From Eledone cirrhosa (Eukaryota): a stretch of 64,000 bases of DNA. Below the pieces are notes generated by a model, which had not been told where the DNA came from, did no database searches, and was given only the letters and a program-made list of their open reading frames with translations. Positions 42,901-57,900 of the stretch are shown here, one piece after another (within the stretch, counting starts at the first letter, position 1; each line of letters opens with the position of its first letter). The stretch covers positions 744,001 through 808,000 of the forward strand of contig OZ024757.1 of NCBI GenBank assembly GCA_964016885.1, read 5' to 3'. Both the position numbers and the translations under genes were made by a program.

Positions 42901-45900
42901 CACTAACTCACCCTAGTATCTACTCTCTTCACCCTAGTATCTACTGTCTTTACCCCAATGTCACTATCTCACCCTAGTAGCTACTGTCTTCACCCTAATG
43001 TCACTATCTCACCCTAGTAGCTACTGTTTCCACCCTAATGTCACTATCACACCCCAGTAGCTATTGTCTCCACACTAATGTCACTATCTCACCCTAGTAG
43101 CTACTGTATTGAACCTAATGTCAGTATCTCACCGTAGTATCTACTCTCTTCAACCCAATGTCACTATCTAACCCTAGTAGCTACTGTCTCAACCCTAATG
43201 TTACTATCTCACCCTAGTAGATACAGTCTTCACTCCAATGTCACTATCTCACCCTAGTAGCTACTGTATTGAACCTAATGTCAGTATCTCACCGTAGTAT
43301 CTACTCTCTTCAACCCAATGTCACTATCTCTCCCTAGTAGCTACTGTTTCCACCCTAATGTCACTATCACACCCCAGTAGCTATTGTCTCCACACTAATG
43401 TCAATATCTCACCCTAGTAGCTACTGTCTTCACCCCAATGTCACTATCTCAGCCTAGTAGCTCTGTCTTCAACGCAATGTCACTATCTCACCCTAGTAGC
43501 TACTGACTTCACCCTAATTTCGCTATCTCACCCTAGTATCTACTGTCTTCACCCTAGTATCTACTGTCTTTACCCCAATGTCACTATCTCACCCTAGTAG
43601 CTACTGTCTTCACCATAATGTCACTATCTCACCCTAGTAGCTACTGTCGTCACCCCAATGTCACTATCTCACCCTAGTAGCTACTGTCTTTACCCCAATG
43701 TCACTATCTAACCCTAGTAGCTACTGTCTTCACCCTAATGTCACTATCTCACCCTAGTAGCTACTGTCGTCACCCCAATGTCACTATCTCACCCTACTAG
43801 TTACTGTCTTCACCCTAATGTCCATCTCACACTTGTATCTACTGTCTTCACCCCAATGTCACTATCTCACTCTAGTAGCCTCAGTCTTCACCCCAACGTC
43901 ACTATCTCACCCTACTAGCTACTGTCTTCACCCTAATAGCTACTGTCTCCACCCCAATGTCATTATCTCACCCTAGTAGCTATTGTCTCCACCTCAATGT
44001 CACTATCTCACCCTAGTAGCTACTGTTTCCACCCTAATGTCACTATCACACCCCAGTAGCTATTGTCTCCACCCCAATGTCACTATCTGACCCTAGTAGC
44101 TACTGTATTCACCTTAATGTCCGTATCTCACCGTAGTATCTACACTCTTCACCCCAATGTCACTATCTCACCCTAGTAGCTACTGTCTCGACCCTAATGT
44201 TACTATCTCACCCTAGTAGCTACTGTCTTCACCCTAATGTCACTATCTCACCCTATTAGCTACTGTCTTCACCCAATGTAACTATCTCACCCTAGTAGCT
44301 ACTGTCTTCACCCCAATGTCTCTATCTTACCCTAGTAGCTACTGTCTTTACCCCAATGTCAATATCTCACCCTGCCAGCAACTGTCTTTACCTCAATATC
44401 AGTATCTCACTCTAGTAGCTACTGTCTTCACCCCAAGTCACTATCTCACCCTAGTAGCTACTGTCTTCACCCTAATGTCACCATCTCACCCTAGTAGCTA
44501 CTGTCTTCACCCCAATGTCACTATCTCACCCTAGTAGCTACTGTCTCCACTCCAACGTCACTAGCTGACCCTAGTAGCTACTGTCTCCACTCCAATGTCA
44601 CTATCTGACCCTAGTAGCTACTGTCTCCACCCTAATGTCACTATCTCACCCTAGTAGCCACTGTCTTCACCCTAATGTCACTATCTCAGCCTATAATCTA
44701 CTGTCTTCACCCCAATGTCACTATCTCACCCTAATAGCTATTGTCTCCACCCAAATGTCACTATCTCACCCTAGTAGCTACTGTCTTCACCCCAATGTCA
44801 CTATCTCACCCTGCCAGCTACTGTCTTTACCCCAATATCAGTATCTCACTCTAGTACCTACTGTCTTCACCCCAATGTCACTATCTCACCCTAGTAGCTA
44901 CTGTCTCCACTACAATGTCACTAGCTGACACTAGTAGCTACTGTCTCCACTCCAATGTCACTATCTCACCCTAGTAGCTACTGTCTTTACCCCAATGTCA
45001 CTATCTCACCCTAGTAGCTACTGTCTTCACCCTAATGTCACTATCTCACCCTAGTAGCTACTGTTTCCACCCTAATGTCACTATCACACCCCAGTAGCTA
45101 TTGTCTCCACACTAATGTCACTATCTCACCCTAGTAGCTACTGTATTGAACCTAATGTCAGTATCTCACCGTAGTATCTACTCTCTTCAACCCAATGTCA
45201 CTATCTCACCCTAGTAGCTACTGTCTCAACCCTAATGTTACTATCTCACCCTAGTAGATACAGTCTTCACTCCAATGTCACTATCTCACCCTAGTAGCTA
45301 CTGTATTGAACCTAATGTCAGTATCTCACCGTAGTATCTACTCTCTTCAACCCAATGTCACTATCTCTCCCTAGTAGCTACTGTTTCCACCCTAATGTCA
45401 CTATCACACCCCAGTAGCTATTGTCTCCACACTAATGTCAATATCTCACCCTAGTAGCTACTGTCTTCACCCCAATGTCACTATCTCAGCCTAGTAGCTC
45501 TGTCTTCAACGCAATGTCACTATCTCACCCTAGTAGCTACTGACTTCACCCTAATTTCGCTATCTCACCCTAGTATCTACTGTCTTCACCCTAGTATCTA
45601 CTGTCTTTACCCCAATGTCACTATCTCACCCTAGTAGCTACTGTCTTCACCATAATGTCACTATCTCACCCTAGTAGCTACTGTCGTCACCCCAATGTCA
45701 CTATCTCACCCTAGTAGCTACTGTCTTTACCCCAATGTCACTATCTAACCCTAGTAGCTACTGTCTTCACCCTAATGTCACTATCTCACCCTAGTAGCTA
45801 CTGTCGTCACCCCAATGTCACTATCTCACCCTACTAGTTACTGTCTTCACCCTAATGTCCATCTCACACTTGTATCTACTGTCTTCACCCCAATGTCACT

Positions 45901-48900
45901 ATCTCACTCTAGTAGCCTCAGTCTTCACCCCAACGTCACTATCTCACCCTACTAGCTACTGTCTTCACCCTAATAGCTACTGTCTCCACCCCAATGTCAT
46001 TATCTCACCCTAGTAGCTATTGTCTCCACCTCAATGTCACTATCTCACCCTAGTAGCTACTGTTTCCACCCTAATATCACTATCACACCCCAGTAGCTAT
46101 TGTCTCCACCCCAATGTCACTATCTGACCCTAGTAGCTACTGTATTCACCTTAATGTCCGTATCTCACCGTAGTATCTACACTCTTCACCCCAATGTCAC
46201 TATCTCACCCTAGTAGCTACTGTCTCCACCCTAATGTTACTATCTCACCCTACTAGCTACTGTCTTCACCCTAATAGCTACTGTCTCCACCCCAATGTCA
46301 TTATCTCACCCTAGTAGCTATTGTCTCCACCTCAATGTCACTATCTCACCCTATTAGCTACTGTCTTCACCCAATGTAACTATCTCACCCTAGTAGCTAC
46401 TGTCTTCACCCCAATGTCTCTATCTTACCCTAGTAGCTACTGTCTTTACCCCAATGTCAATATCTCACCCTGCCAGCAACTGTCTTTACCTCAATATCAG
46501 TATCTCACTCTAGTAGCTACTGTCTTCACCCCAAGTCACTATCTCACCCTAGTAGCTACTGTCTTCACCCTAATGTCACCATCTCACCCTAGTAGCTACT
46601 GTCTTCACCCCAATGTCACTATCTCACCCTAGTAGCTACTGTCTCCACTCCAACGTCACTAGCTGACCCTAGTAGCTACTGTCTCCACTCCAATGTCACT
46701 ATCTGACCCTAGTAGCTACTGTCTCCACCCTAATGTCACTATCTCACCCTAGTAGCCACTGTCTTCACCCTAATGTCACTATCTCAGCCTATAATCTACT
46801 GTCTTCACCCCAATGTCACTATCTCACCCTAATAGCTATTGTCTCCACCCAAATGTCACTATCTCACCCTAGTAGCTACTGTCTTCACCCCAATGTCACT
46901 ATCTCACCCTGCCAGCTACTGTCTTTACCCCAATATCAGTATCTCACTCTAGTACCTACTGTCTTCACCCCAATGTCACTATCTCACCCTAGTAGCTACT
47001 GTCTCCACTCCAATGTCACTAGCTGACACTAGTAGCTACTGTCTCCACTCCAATGTCACTATCTCACCCTACTAGCTACTGTCTTTACCCCAATGTCACT
47101 ATCTCACCCTAGTAGCTACTGTCTTCACCCTAATGTCACTATCTCACCCTAGTAGCTACTGTCTTCACCCTAACGTCACTATCTCACCCTAGTAGTTACT
47201 CTTTCCACCCTAATGTCACTATCACACCCCAGTAGCTATTGTCTCCACCCCAATGTCACTATGTCACCCTACAAGCTACTGTCTTCACCCTAACAGCTAC
47301 TGTCTCCACCCCAATGTCATTATCTTACCCTAGTAGCTATTGTCTCCACCTCAATGTCAATATCGCACCCTAGTAGCTCTGTCTTCAACGCAATGTCACT
47401 ATCTCACCCTAGTAGCTACTGACTTCACCCTAATTTCGCTATCTCACCCTAGTATCTACTGTCTTCACCCTAGTATCTACTCTCTTTACCCCAATGTCAC
47501 TATCTCACCCTAGTAGCTACTGTCTTTACCCCAATGTCACTATCTCATCCTGCCAGCTACTGTCTTTACCCCAATGTAACTATCTCACCCTAGTAGCTAC
47601 AGTCTTCACCCCAATGTCACTATCTCATCCTAGTAGCTACTGTCTCCACTCCAATGTCACTAGCTGACCCTAGTAGCTACTGTCTTCACTCCAATGTCAC
47701 TATCTCACCCTAGTAGCTACTGTCTTTACCCCAATGTCACTATCTCACCCTAGTAGCTACTGTCTTCACCCTACTGTCACTATCTCATCCTAGTAGCTAC
47801 TGTCTTCACCCCAATGTCACTATCTCACCCTAGTAGCTACTGTCTTCACCCCAATGTAACTATCTCACCCTAGTAGCTACTGTCTTCACCCTAATGTCAT
47901 TATCTCACCCTAGTAGCTACTGTCTTCACCCTAATGTCACTATCTAACCCTAGTAGCTACTGTCTTTACCCCAATGTCACTATCTCACCCTAGTAGCTAC
48001 TGTCTTCACCCTAATGTCACTATCTGACCCTAGTAGCTACTGTCTTCACCCCAATGTCACTATCTCACCCTAGTAGCTACTGTCTCCACTCCAATGTCAC
48101 TATCTGACCCTAGTAGCTACTGTCTCCACCCTAATGTCACTATCTCACCCTAGTAGCTACTGTCTTCACCCTAATGTCACTATCTCACCCTAGTATCTAC
48201 TGTCTTCACCCCAATGTCACTATCTCACCCTAATAGCTATTGTCTCCACCCAAATGTCACTATCTCACCCTAGTAGCTACTGTCTTCACCCCAATGTCAC
48301 TATCTCACCCTAGTAGCTACTGTCTTCAACCTAATGTCACTATCTCACCCTATTAGCTACTGTCTTCACCCAACGTAACCATCTCACCCTAGTAGCTACT
48401 GTCTTCACCCTAATGTCACTATCTTACCCTAGTAGCTTCTGTCTTTACCCCAATGTCACTATCTCACCCTGCCAGCTACTGTCTTTACCCCAATATCAGT
48501 ATATCACTCTAGTAGCTACTGTCTTCACCCCAATGTCACTATCTCACCCTAGTAGCTACTGTCTTCACCCTAACGTCACTATCTCACCCTAGTAGCTACT
48601 GTCTTCACCCCAATGTCACTATCTCACCCTAGTAGCTATTATTTGCACCTCAATGTCAATATCTCACCCTAGTAGCTACTGTCTTCACCCCAATGTCACT
48701 ATCTCACCCTAGTAGCTCTGTCTTCAACGCAATGTCACTATCTCACCCTAGTAGCTACTGACTTCACCCTAATTTCGCTATCTCACCCTAGTATCTACTG
48801 TCTTCACCCTAGTATCTACTGTCTTTTACCCCAATGTCACTATCTCACCCTAGTAGCTACTGTCTTTACCTCAATGTCACTATCACACCCTGCCAGCTAC

Positions 48901-51900
48901 TGTCTTTACCCCAATGTCAGTATCTCACTCTAGTAGCTACTGTCTTCACCCTAGTAGCTATTGTTTCCACCCCAATGTCACTATCTCACCCTAGTAGCTA
49001 CTGTCTTCACCCTAATGTCACTATCTCACCCTATTAGCTACTGTCTTCACCCCAATGTAACTATCTCACCCTAGTAGCTACTGTCTTTACCCTAATGTCA
49101 CTATCTTACCCTAGTAGCTACTGTCTTTACCCCAATGTCAGTATCTCACCCTGCCAGCAACTGTCTTTACCTCAATATCAGTATCTCACTCTAGTAGCTA
49201 CTGTTTTCACCCCAACGTCACTATCTCACCCTAGTAGCTACTGTCTTCACCCTAATGTCACTATCTCACCCTAGTAGCTACTGTCCTCACCCCAATGTCA
49301 CTATCTCACCCTAGTAGCTATTGTTTGCACCTCAATGTCAATATCTCACCCTAGTAGCTACTGTCTTCACCCTAATGTCACTATCTCACCCTAGTAGCTC
49401 TGTCTTCAACGCAATGTCACTATCTCACCCTAGTAGCTACTGACTTCACCCTAATTTCGCTATCTCACCCTAGTATCTACTGTCTTCACCCTAGTATCTA
49501 CTGTCTTTACCCCAATGTCACTATCTCACCCTAGTAGCTACTGTCTTTACCCCAATGTCACTATCTCAACCTGCCAGCTACTGTCTTTACCCCAATGTCA
49601 GTATCTCACTCTAGTAGCTACTGTCTTCACCCTAGTAGCTATTGTTTCCACCCCAATGTCACTATCTCACCCTAGTAGCTACTGTCTTCACCCTAATGTC
49701 ACTATCTCACCCTATTAGCTACTATCTTCACCCCAATGTAACTATCTCACCCTAGTAGCTACTGTCTTCACCCTAATGTCACTATCTTACCCTAGTAGCT
49801 ACTGTCTTTACCCCAATGTCAATATCTCACCCTGCCAGCAACTGTCTTTACCTCAATATCAGTATCTCACCCTAGTAGCTACTGTCTCCACTCCAATGTC
49901 ACTAGCTGAACCTAGTAGCTACTGTCTCCACTCCAATGTCACTATCTCACCCTAGTAGCTACTGTCTTTAGCCCAATGTCACTATCTCACCCTAGTAGCT
50001 ACTGTCTTCACCCTAATGTCACTATCTCACCCTAGTAGCTACTGTCTTCACCCCAATGTCACTATCTCACCCTAGTAGTTACTGTCTCCACTCCAATGTC
50101 ACTATCTGACCCTAGTAGCTACTGTCTCCACCCTAATGTCCCTATCTCACCCTAGTAGCCACTGTCTTCACCCTAATGTCACTATCTCACCCTAGTATCT
50201 TCTGTCTTCACCACAATGTCACTATCTCACCCTAGTAGCTACTGTCTTCACCCTAATGTCACTATCTCACCCTAGTAGCTACTGTCTTCACCCCAATGTC
50301 ACTATCTCACCCTAGTAGCTACTGTCTCCACTCCAATGTCACTATCTGACCCTAGTAGCTACTGTCTCCACCCTAATGTCACTATCTCACCCTAGTAGCT
50401 ACTGTCTTCACCCTAATGTCACTATCTCACCCTAGTATCTACTGTCTTCACCCCAATGTCACTATCTCACCCTAATAGCTATTGTCTTCACCCCAATGTC
50501 ACTATCTCACCCTAGTAGCTACTGTCTTCACCCTAATTGCACTATCTCACCCTATTAGCTACTGTCTTCACCCAACGTAACTATCTCACCCTAGTAGCTA
50601 CTGTCTTCACCCTAATGTCACTATCTTACCCTAGTAGCTTCTGTCTTTACCCCAATGTCACTATCTCACCCTGCCAGCTACTGTCTTTACCCCAATATCA
50701 GTATATCACTCTAGTAGCTACTGTCTTCACCCCAATGTCACTATCTCACCCTAGTAGCTACTGTCTTCACCCTAACGTCACTATCTCACCCTAGTAGCTA
50801 CTGTCTTCACCCCAATGTCACTATCTCACCCTAGTAGCTATTGTTTGCACCTCAATGCCAATATCTCACCCTAGTAGCTACTGTCTTCATCCCAATGTCA
50901 CTATCTCACCCTAGTAGCTCTGTCTTCAACGCAACGTCACTATCTCACCCTAGTAGCTACTGACCTCACCCTAATTTCGCTATCTCACCCTAGTATCTAC
51001 TGTCTTTACCCCAATGTCACTATCTCACCCTAGTAGCTACTGTCTTTACCCCAATGTCACTATCTCACCCTGCCAGCTACTGTCTTTACCCCAATGTCAG
51101 TATCTCACTCTAGTAGCTACTGTCTTCACCCTAGTAGCTATTGTTTCCACCCCAATGTCACTATCTCACCCTAGTAGCTACTGTCTTCACCCTAATGTCA
51201 CTATCTCACCCTATTAGCTACTATCTTCACCCCAATGTAACTATCTCACCCTAGTAGCTACTGTCTTCACCCTAATGTCACTATCTTACCCTAGTAGCTA
51301 CTGTCTTTACCCCAATGTCAATATCTCACCCTGCCAGCAACTGTCTTTACCTCAATATCAGTATCTCACCCTAGTAGCTACTGTCTCCACTCCAATGTCA
51401 CTAGCTGAACCTAGTAGCTACTGTCTCCACTCCAATGTCACTATCTCACCCTAGTAGCTACTGTCTTTAGCCCAATGTCACTATCTCACCCTAGTAGCTA
51501 CTGTCTTCACCCTAATGTCACTATCTCACCCTAGTAGCTACTGTCTTCACCCCAATGTCACTATCTCACCCTAGTAGTTACTGTCTCCACTCCAATGTCA
51601 CTATCTGACCCTAGTAGCTACTGTCTCCACCCTAATGTCCCTATCTCACCCTAGTAGCCACTGTCTTCACCCTAATGTCACTATCTCACCCTAGTATCTT
51701 CTGTCTTCACCACAATGTCACTATCTCACCCTAGTAGCTACTGTCTTCACCCTAATGTCACTATCTCACCCTAGTAGCTACTGTCTTCACCCCAATGTCA
51801 CTATCTCACCCTAGTAGCTACTGTCTCCACTCCAATGTCACTATCTGACCCTAGTAGCTACTGTCTCCACCCTAATGTCACTATCTCACCCTAGTAGCTA

Positions 51901-54900
51901 CTGTCTTCACCCTAATGTCACTATCTCACCCTAGTATCTACTGTCTTCACCCCAATGTCACTATCTCACCCTAATAGCTATTGTCTTCACCCCAATGTCA
52001 CTATCTCACCCTAGTAGCTACTGTCTTCACCCTAATTGCACTATCTCACCCTATTAGCTACTGTCTTCACCCAACGTAACTATCTCACCCTAGTAGCTAC
52101 TGTCTTCACCCTAATGTCACTATCTTACCCTAGTAGCTTCTGTCTTTACCCCAATGTCACTATCTCACCCTGCCAGCTACTGTCTTTACCCCAATATCAG
52201 TATATCACTCTAGTAGCTACTGTCTTCACCCCAATGTCACTATCTCACCCTAGTAGCTACTGTCTTCACCCTAACGTCACTATCTCACCCTAGTAGCTAC
52301 TGTCTTCACCCCAATGTCACTATCTCACCCTAGTAGCTATTGTTTGCACCTCAATGCCAATATCTCACCCTAGTAGCTACTGTCTTCATCCCAATGTCAC
52401 TATCTCACCCTAGTAGCTCTGTCTTCAACGCAACGTCACTATCTCACCCTAGTAGCTACTGACCTCACCCTAATTTCGCTATCTCACCCTAGTATCTACT
52501 GTCTTTACCCCAATGTCACTATCTCACCCTAGTAGCTACTGTCTTTACCCCAATGTCACTATCTCACCCTGCCAGCTACTGTCTTTACCCCAATGTCAGT
52601 ATCTCACTCTAGTAGCTACTGTCTTCACCCTAGTAGCTATTGTTTCCACCCCAATGTCACTATCTCACCCTAGTAGCTACTGTCTTCACCCTAATGTCAC
52701 TATCTCACCCTATTAGCTACTGTCTTCACCCCAATGTAACTATCTCACCCTAGTAGCTACTGTCTTCACCCTAATGTCACTATCTTACCCTAGTAGCTAC
52801 TGTCTTTACCCCAATGTCAATATCTCACCCTGCCAGCAACTGTCTTTACCTCAATATCAGTATCTCACTCTAGTAGCTACTGTTTTCACCCCAATGTCAC
52901 TATCTCACCCTAGTAGCTACTGTCTTCACCCTAATGTCACTATCTCACCCTAGTAGCTACTGTCTTCACCCCAATGTCACTATCTCACCCTAGTAGTTAC
53001 TGTCTCCACTCCAATGTCACTATCTGACCCTAGTAGCTACTGTCTCCACCCTAAAGTCCCTATCTCACGCTAGTAGCCACTGTCTTCACCCTAATGTCAC
53101 TATCTCACCCTAGTATCTACTGTCTTCACCACAATGTCACTATCTCACCCTAATAGCTATTGTCTCCACCCAAATGTCACTAGCTGACCCTAGTAGCTAC
53201 TGTCTCCACTCCAATGTCACTATCTCACCCTAGTAGCTACTGTCTTTACCCCAATATCAGTATCTCACTCTAGTAACTACTGTCTTCACCCCAATGTCAC
53301 TATCTCACCCTAGTAGCTACTGTCTCCACTCCAATGTCACTAGCTGACCCTAGTAGCTACTGTCTCCACTCCAATGTCACTATCTCACCCTAGTAGCTAC
53401 TGTCTTCACCCTAATGTCATTATCTCACCCTAGTAGCTACTGTTTCCACCCTAATATCACTATCACACCCCAGTAGCTATTGTCTCCACCCCAATGTCAC
53501 TATCTCACCCTACTAGCTACTGTCTTCACCCTAACAGCTACTGTCTCCACCCCAATGTCACTATCTCACCCTAATAGCTATTGTCTCCACCCAAATGTCA
53601 CTATCTCACCCTAGTATCTACTGTCTTCACACCAATGTCACTATCTCACCCCAGTAGCTATTGTCTCCACCTCAATGTCACTATCTCACCCTACTAGCTA
53701 CTGTCTTCACCCTAACAGCTACTGTCTCCACCCCAATGTCATTATCTTACCTTAGTAGCTATTGTCTCCACCTCAATGTCAATATCTCACCCTAGTAGAT
53801 CTGTCTTCAACGCAACTTCACTATCTCACCCTAGTAGCTACTGACTTCACCCTAATTTCGCTATCTCAACCTAGTATCTACTGTCTTCACCCTAGTATCT
53901 ACTGTCTTTACCCCAATGTCACTATCTCACCCTAGTAGCTACTGTCTTTACCCCAATGTCACTATCTCATCCTGCCAGCTACTGTCTTTACCCCAATGTA
54001 ACTATCTCACCCTAGTAGCTACTGTCTTCACCCTAATGTCACTATCTGACCCTAGTAGCTACTGTCTTCACCCCAATGTCACTATCTCACCCTAGTAGCT
54101 ACTGTCTCCACTCCAATGTCACTATCTGACCCTAGTAGCTACTGTCTCCACCCTAATGTCACTATCTCACCCTAGTAGCTACTGTCTTCACCCTAATGTC
54201 ACTATCTCACCCTAGTATCTACTGTCTTCACCCCAATGTCACTATCTCACCCTAATAGCTATTGTCTCCACCCAAATGTCACTATCTCACCCTAGTAGCT
54301 ACTGTCTTCACCCCAATGTCACTATCTCACCCTAGTAGCTACTGTCTTCAACCTAATGTCACTATCTCACCCTATTAGCTACTGTCTTCACCCCAATGTC
54401 ACTATCTCACCCTAGTAGCTACTGTCTCCACTCCAATGTCACTATCTGACCCTAGTAGCTACTGTCTCCACCCTAATGTCACTATCTCACCCTAGTAGCT
54501 ACTGTCTTCACCCTAATGTCACTATCTCTCCCTAGTATCTACTGTCTTCACCCCAATGTCACTATCTCACCCTAATAGCTATTGTCTTCACCCCAATGTC
54601 ACTATCTCACCCTAGTAGCTACTGTCTTCACCCTAATTGCACTATCTCACCCTATTAGCTACTGTCTTCACCCAACGTAACTATCTCACCCTAGTAGCTA
54701 CTGTCTTCGCCCTAATGTCACTATCTTACCCTAGTAGCTTCTGTCTTTACCCCAATGTCACTATCTCACCCTGCCAGCTACTGTCTTTACCCCAATATCA
54801 GTATATCACTCTAGTAGCTACTGTCTTCACCCCAATGTCACTATCTCACCCTAGTAGCTACTGTCTTCACCCTAACGTCACTATCTCACCCTAGTAGCTA

Positions 54901-57900
54901 CTGTCTTCACCCCAATGTCACTATCTCACCCTAGTAGCTATTGTTTGCACCTCAATGCCAATATCTCACCCTAGTAGCTACTGTCTTCATCCCAATGTCA
55001 CTATCTCACCCTAGTAGCTCTGTCTTCAACGCAACGTCACTATCTCACCCTAGTAGCTACTGACCTCACCCTAATTTCGCTATCTCACCCTAGTATCTAC
55101 TGTCTTCACCCTAGTATCTACTGTCTTTACCCCAATGTCACTATCTCACCCTAGTAGCTACTGTCTTTACCCCAATGTCACTATCTCACCCTGCCAGCTA
55201 CTGTCTTTACCCCAATGTCAGTATCTCACTCTAGTAGCTACTGTCTTCACCCTAGTAGCTATTGTTTCCACCCCAATGTCACTATCTCACCCTAGTAGCT
55301 ACTGTCTTCACCCTAATGTCACTATCTTACCCTAGTAGCTACTGTCTTCACCCTAATGTCACTATCTCACCCTATTAGCTACTGTCTTCACCCCAATGTA
55401 ACTATCTCACCCTAGTAGCTACTGTCTTCACCCTAATGTCACTATCTTACCCTAGTAGCTACTGTCTTTACCCCAATGTCAATATCTCACCCTGCCAGCA
55501 ACTGTCTTTACCTCAATATCAGTATCTCACTCTAGTAGCTACTGTTTTCACCCCAATGTCACTATCTCACCCTAGTAGCTACTGTCTTCACCCTAATGTC
55601 ACTATCTCACCCTAGTAGCTACTGTCTTCACCCCAATGTCACTATCTCACCCTAGTAGTTACTGTCTCCACCCTAAAGTCCCTATCTCACGCTAGTAGCC
55701 ACTGTCTTCACCCTAATGTCACTATCTCACCCTAGTATCTACTGTCTTCACCACAATGTCACTATCTCACCCTAATAGCTATTGTCTCCACCCAAATGTC
55801 ACTAGCTGACCCTAGTAGCTACTGTCTCCACTCCAATGTCACTATCTCACCCTAGTAGCTACTGTCTTTACCCCAATATCAGTATCTCACTCTAGTAACT
55901 ACTGTCTTCACCCCAATGTCACTATCTCACCCTAGTAGCTACTGTCTCCACTCCAATGTCACTAGCTGACCCTAGTAGCTACTGTCTCCACTCCAATGTC
56001 ACTATCTCACCCTAGTAGCTACTGTCTTCACCCTAATGTCACTATCTCACCCTAGTAGCTACTGTTTCCACCCTAATATCACTATCACACCCCAGTAGCT
56101 ATTGTCTCCACCCCAATGTCACTATCTCACCCTACTAGCTACTGTCTTCACCCTAACAGCTACTGTCTCCACCCCAATGTCACTATCTCACCCTAATAGC
56201 TATTGTCTCCACCCAAATGTCACTATCTCACCCTAGTATCTACTGTCTTCACACCAATGTCACTATCTCACCCCAGTAGCTATTGTCTCCACCCCAATGT
56301 CACTATCTCACCCTACTAGCTACTGTCTTCACCCTAACAGCTACTGTCTCCACCCCAATGTCATTATCTTACCTTAGTAGCTATTGTCTCCACCTCAATG
56401 TCAATATCTCACCCTAGTAGATCTGTCTTCAACGCAACGTCACTATCTCACCCTAGTAGCTACTGACTTCACCCTAATTTCGCTATCTCAACCTAGTATC
56501 TACTGTCTTCACCCTAGTATCTACTGTCTTTACCCCAATGTCACTATCTCACCCTAGTAGCTACTGTCTTTACCCCAATGTCACTATCTCATCCTGCCAG
56601 CTACTGTCTTTACCCCAATGTAACTATCTCACCCTAGTAGCTACTGTCTTCACCCTAATGTCACTATCTGACCCTAGTAGCTACTGTCTTCACCCCAATG
56701 TCACTATCTCACCCTAGTAGCTACTGTCTCCACTCCAATGTCACTATCTGACCCTAGTAGCTACTGTCTCCACCCTAATGTCACTATCTCACCCTAGTAG
56801 CTACTGTCTTCACCCTAATGTCACTATCTCACCCTAGTATCTACTGTCTTCACCCCAATGTCACTATCTCACCCTAATAGCTATTGTCTCCACCCAAATG
56901 TCACTATCTCACCCTAGTAGCTACTGTCTTCACCCCAATGTCACTATCTCACCCTAGTAGCTACTGTCTTCAACCTAATGTCACTATCTCACCCTATTAG
57001 CTACTGTCTTCACCCAACGTAACCATCTCACCCTAGTAGCTACTGTCTTCACCCTAATGTCACTATCTTACCCTAGTAGCTTCTGTCTTTACCCCAATGT
57101 CACTATCTCACCCTGCCAGCTACTGTCTTTACCCCAATATCAGTATATCACTCTAGTAGCTACTGTCTTCACCCCAATGTCACTATCTCACCCTAGTAGC
57201 TACTGTCTTCACCCTAACGTCACTATCTCACCCTAGTAGCTACTGTCTTCACCCCAATGTCACTATCTCACCCTAGTAGCTATTATTTGCACCTCAATGT
57301 CAATATCTCACCCTAGTAGCTACTGTCTTCACCCCAATGTCACTATCTCACCCTAGTAGCTCTGTCTTCAACGCAATGTCACTATCTCACCCTAGTAGCT
57401 ACTGACTTCACCCTAATTTCGCTATCTCACCCTAGTATCTACTGTCTTCACCCTAGTATCTACTGTCTTTTACCCCAATGTCACTATCTCACCCTATTAG
57501 CTACTGTCTTTACCTCAATGTCACTATCACACCCTGCCAGCTACTGTCTTTACCCCAATGTCAGTATCTCACTCTAGTAGCTACTGTCTTCACCCTAGTA
57601 GCTATTGTTTCCACCCCAATGTCACTATCTCACCCTAGTAGCTACTGTCTTCACCCTAATGTCACTATCTCACCCTATTAGCTACTGTCTTCACCCCAAT
57701 GTAACTATCTCACCCTAGTAGCTACTGTCTTTACCCTAATGTCACTATCTTACCCTAGTAGCTACTGTCTTTACCCCAATGTCAGTATCTCACCCTGCCA
57801 GCAACTGTCTTTACCTCAATATCAGTATCTCACTCTAGTAGCTACTGTTTTCACCCCAACGTCACTATCTCACCCTAGTAGCTACTGTCTTCACCCTAAT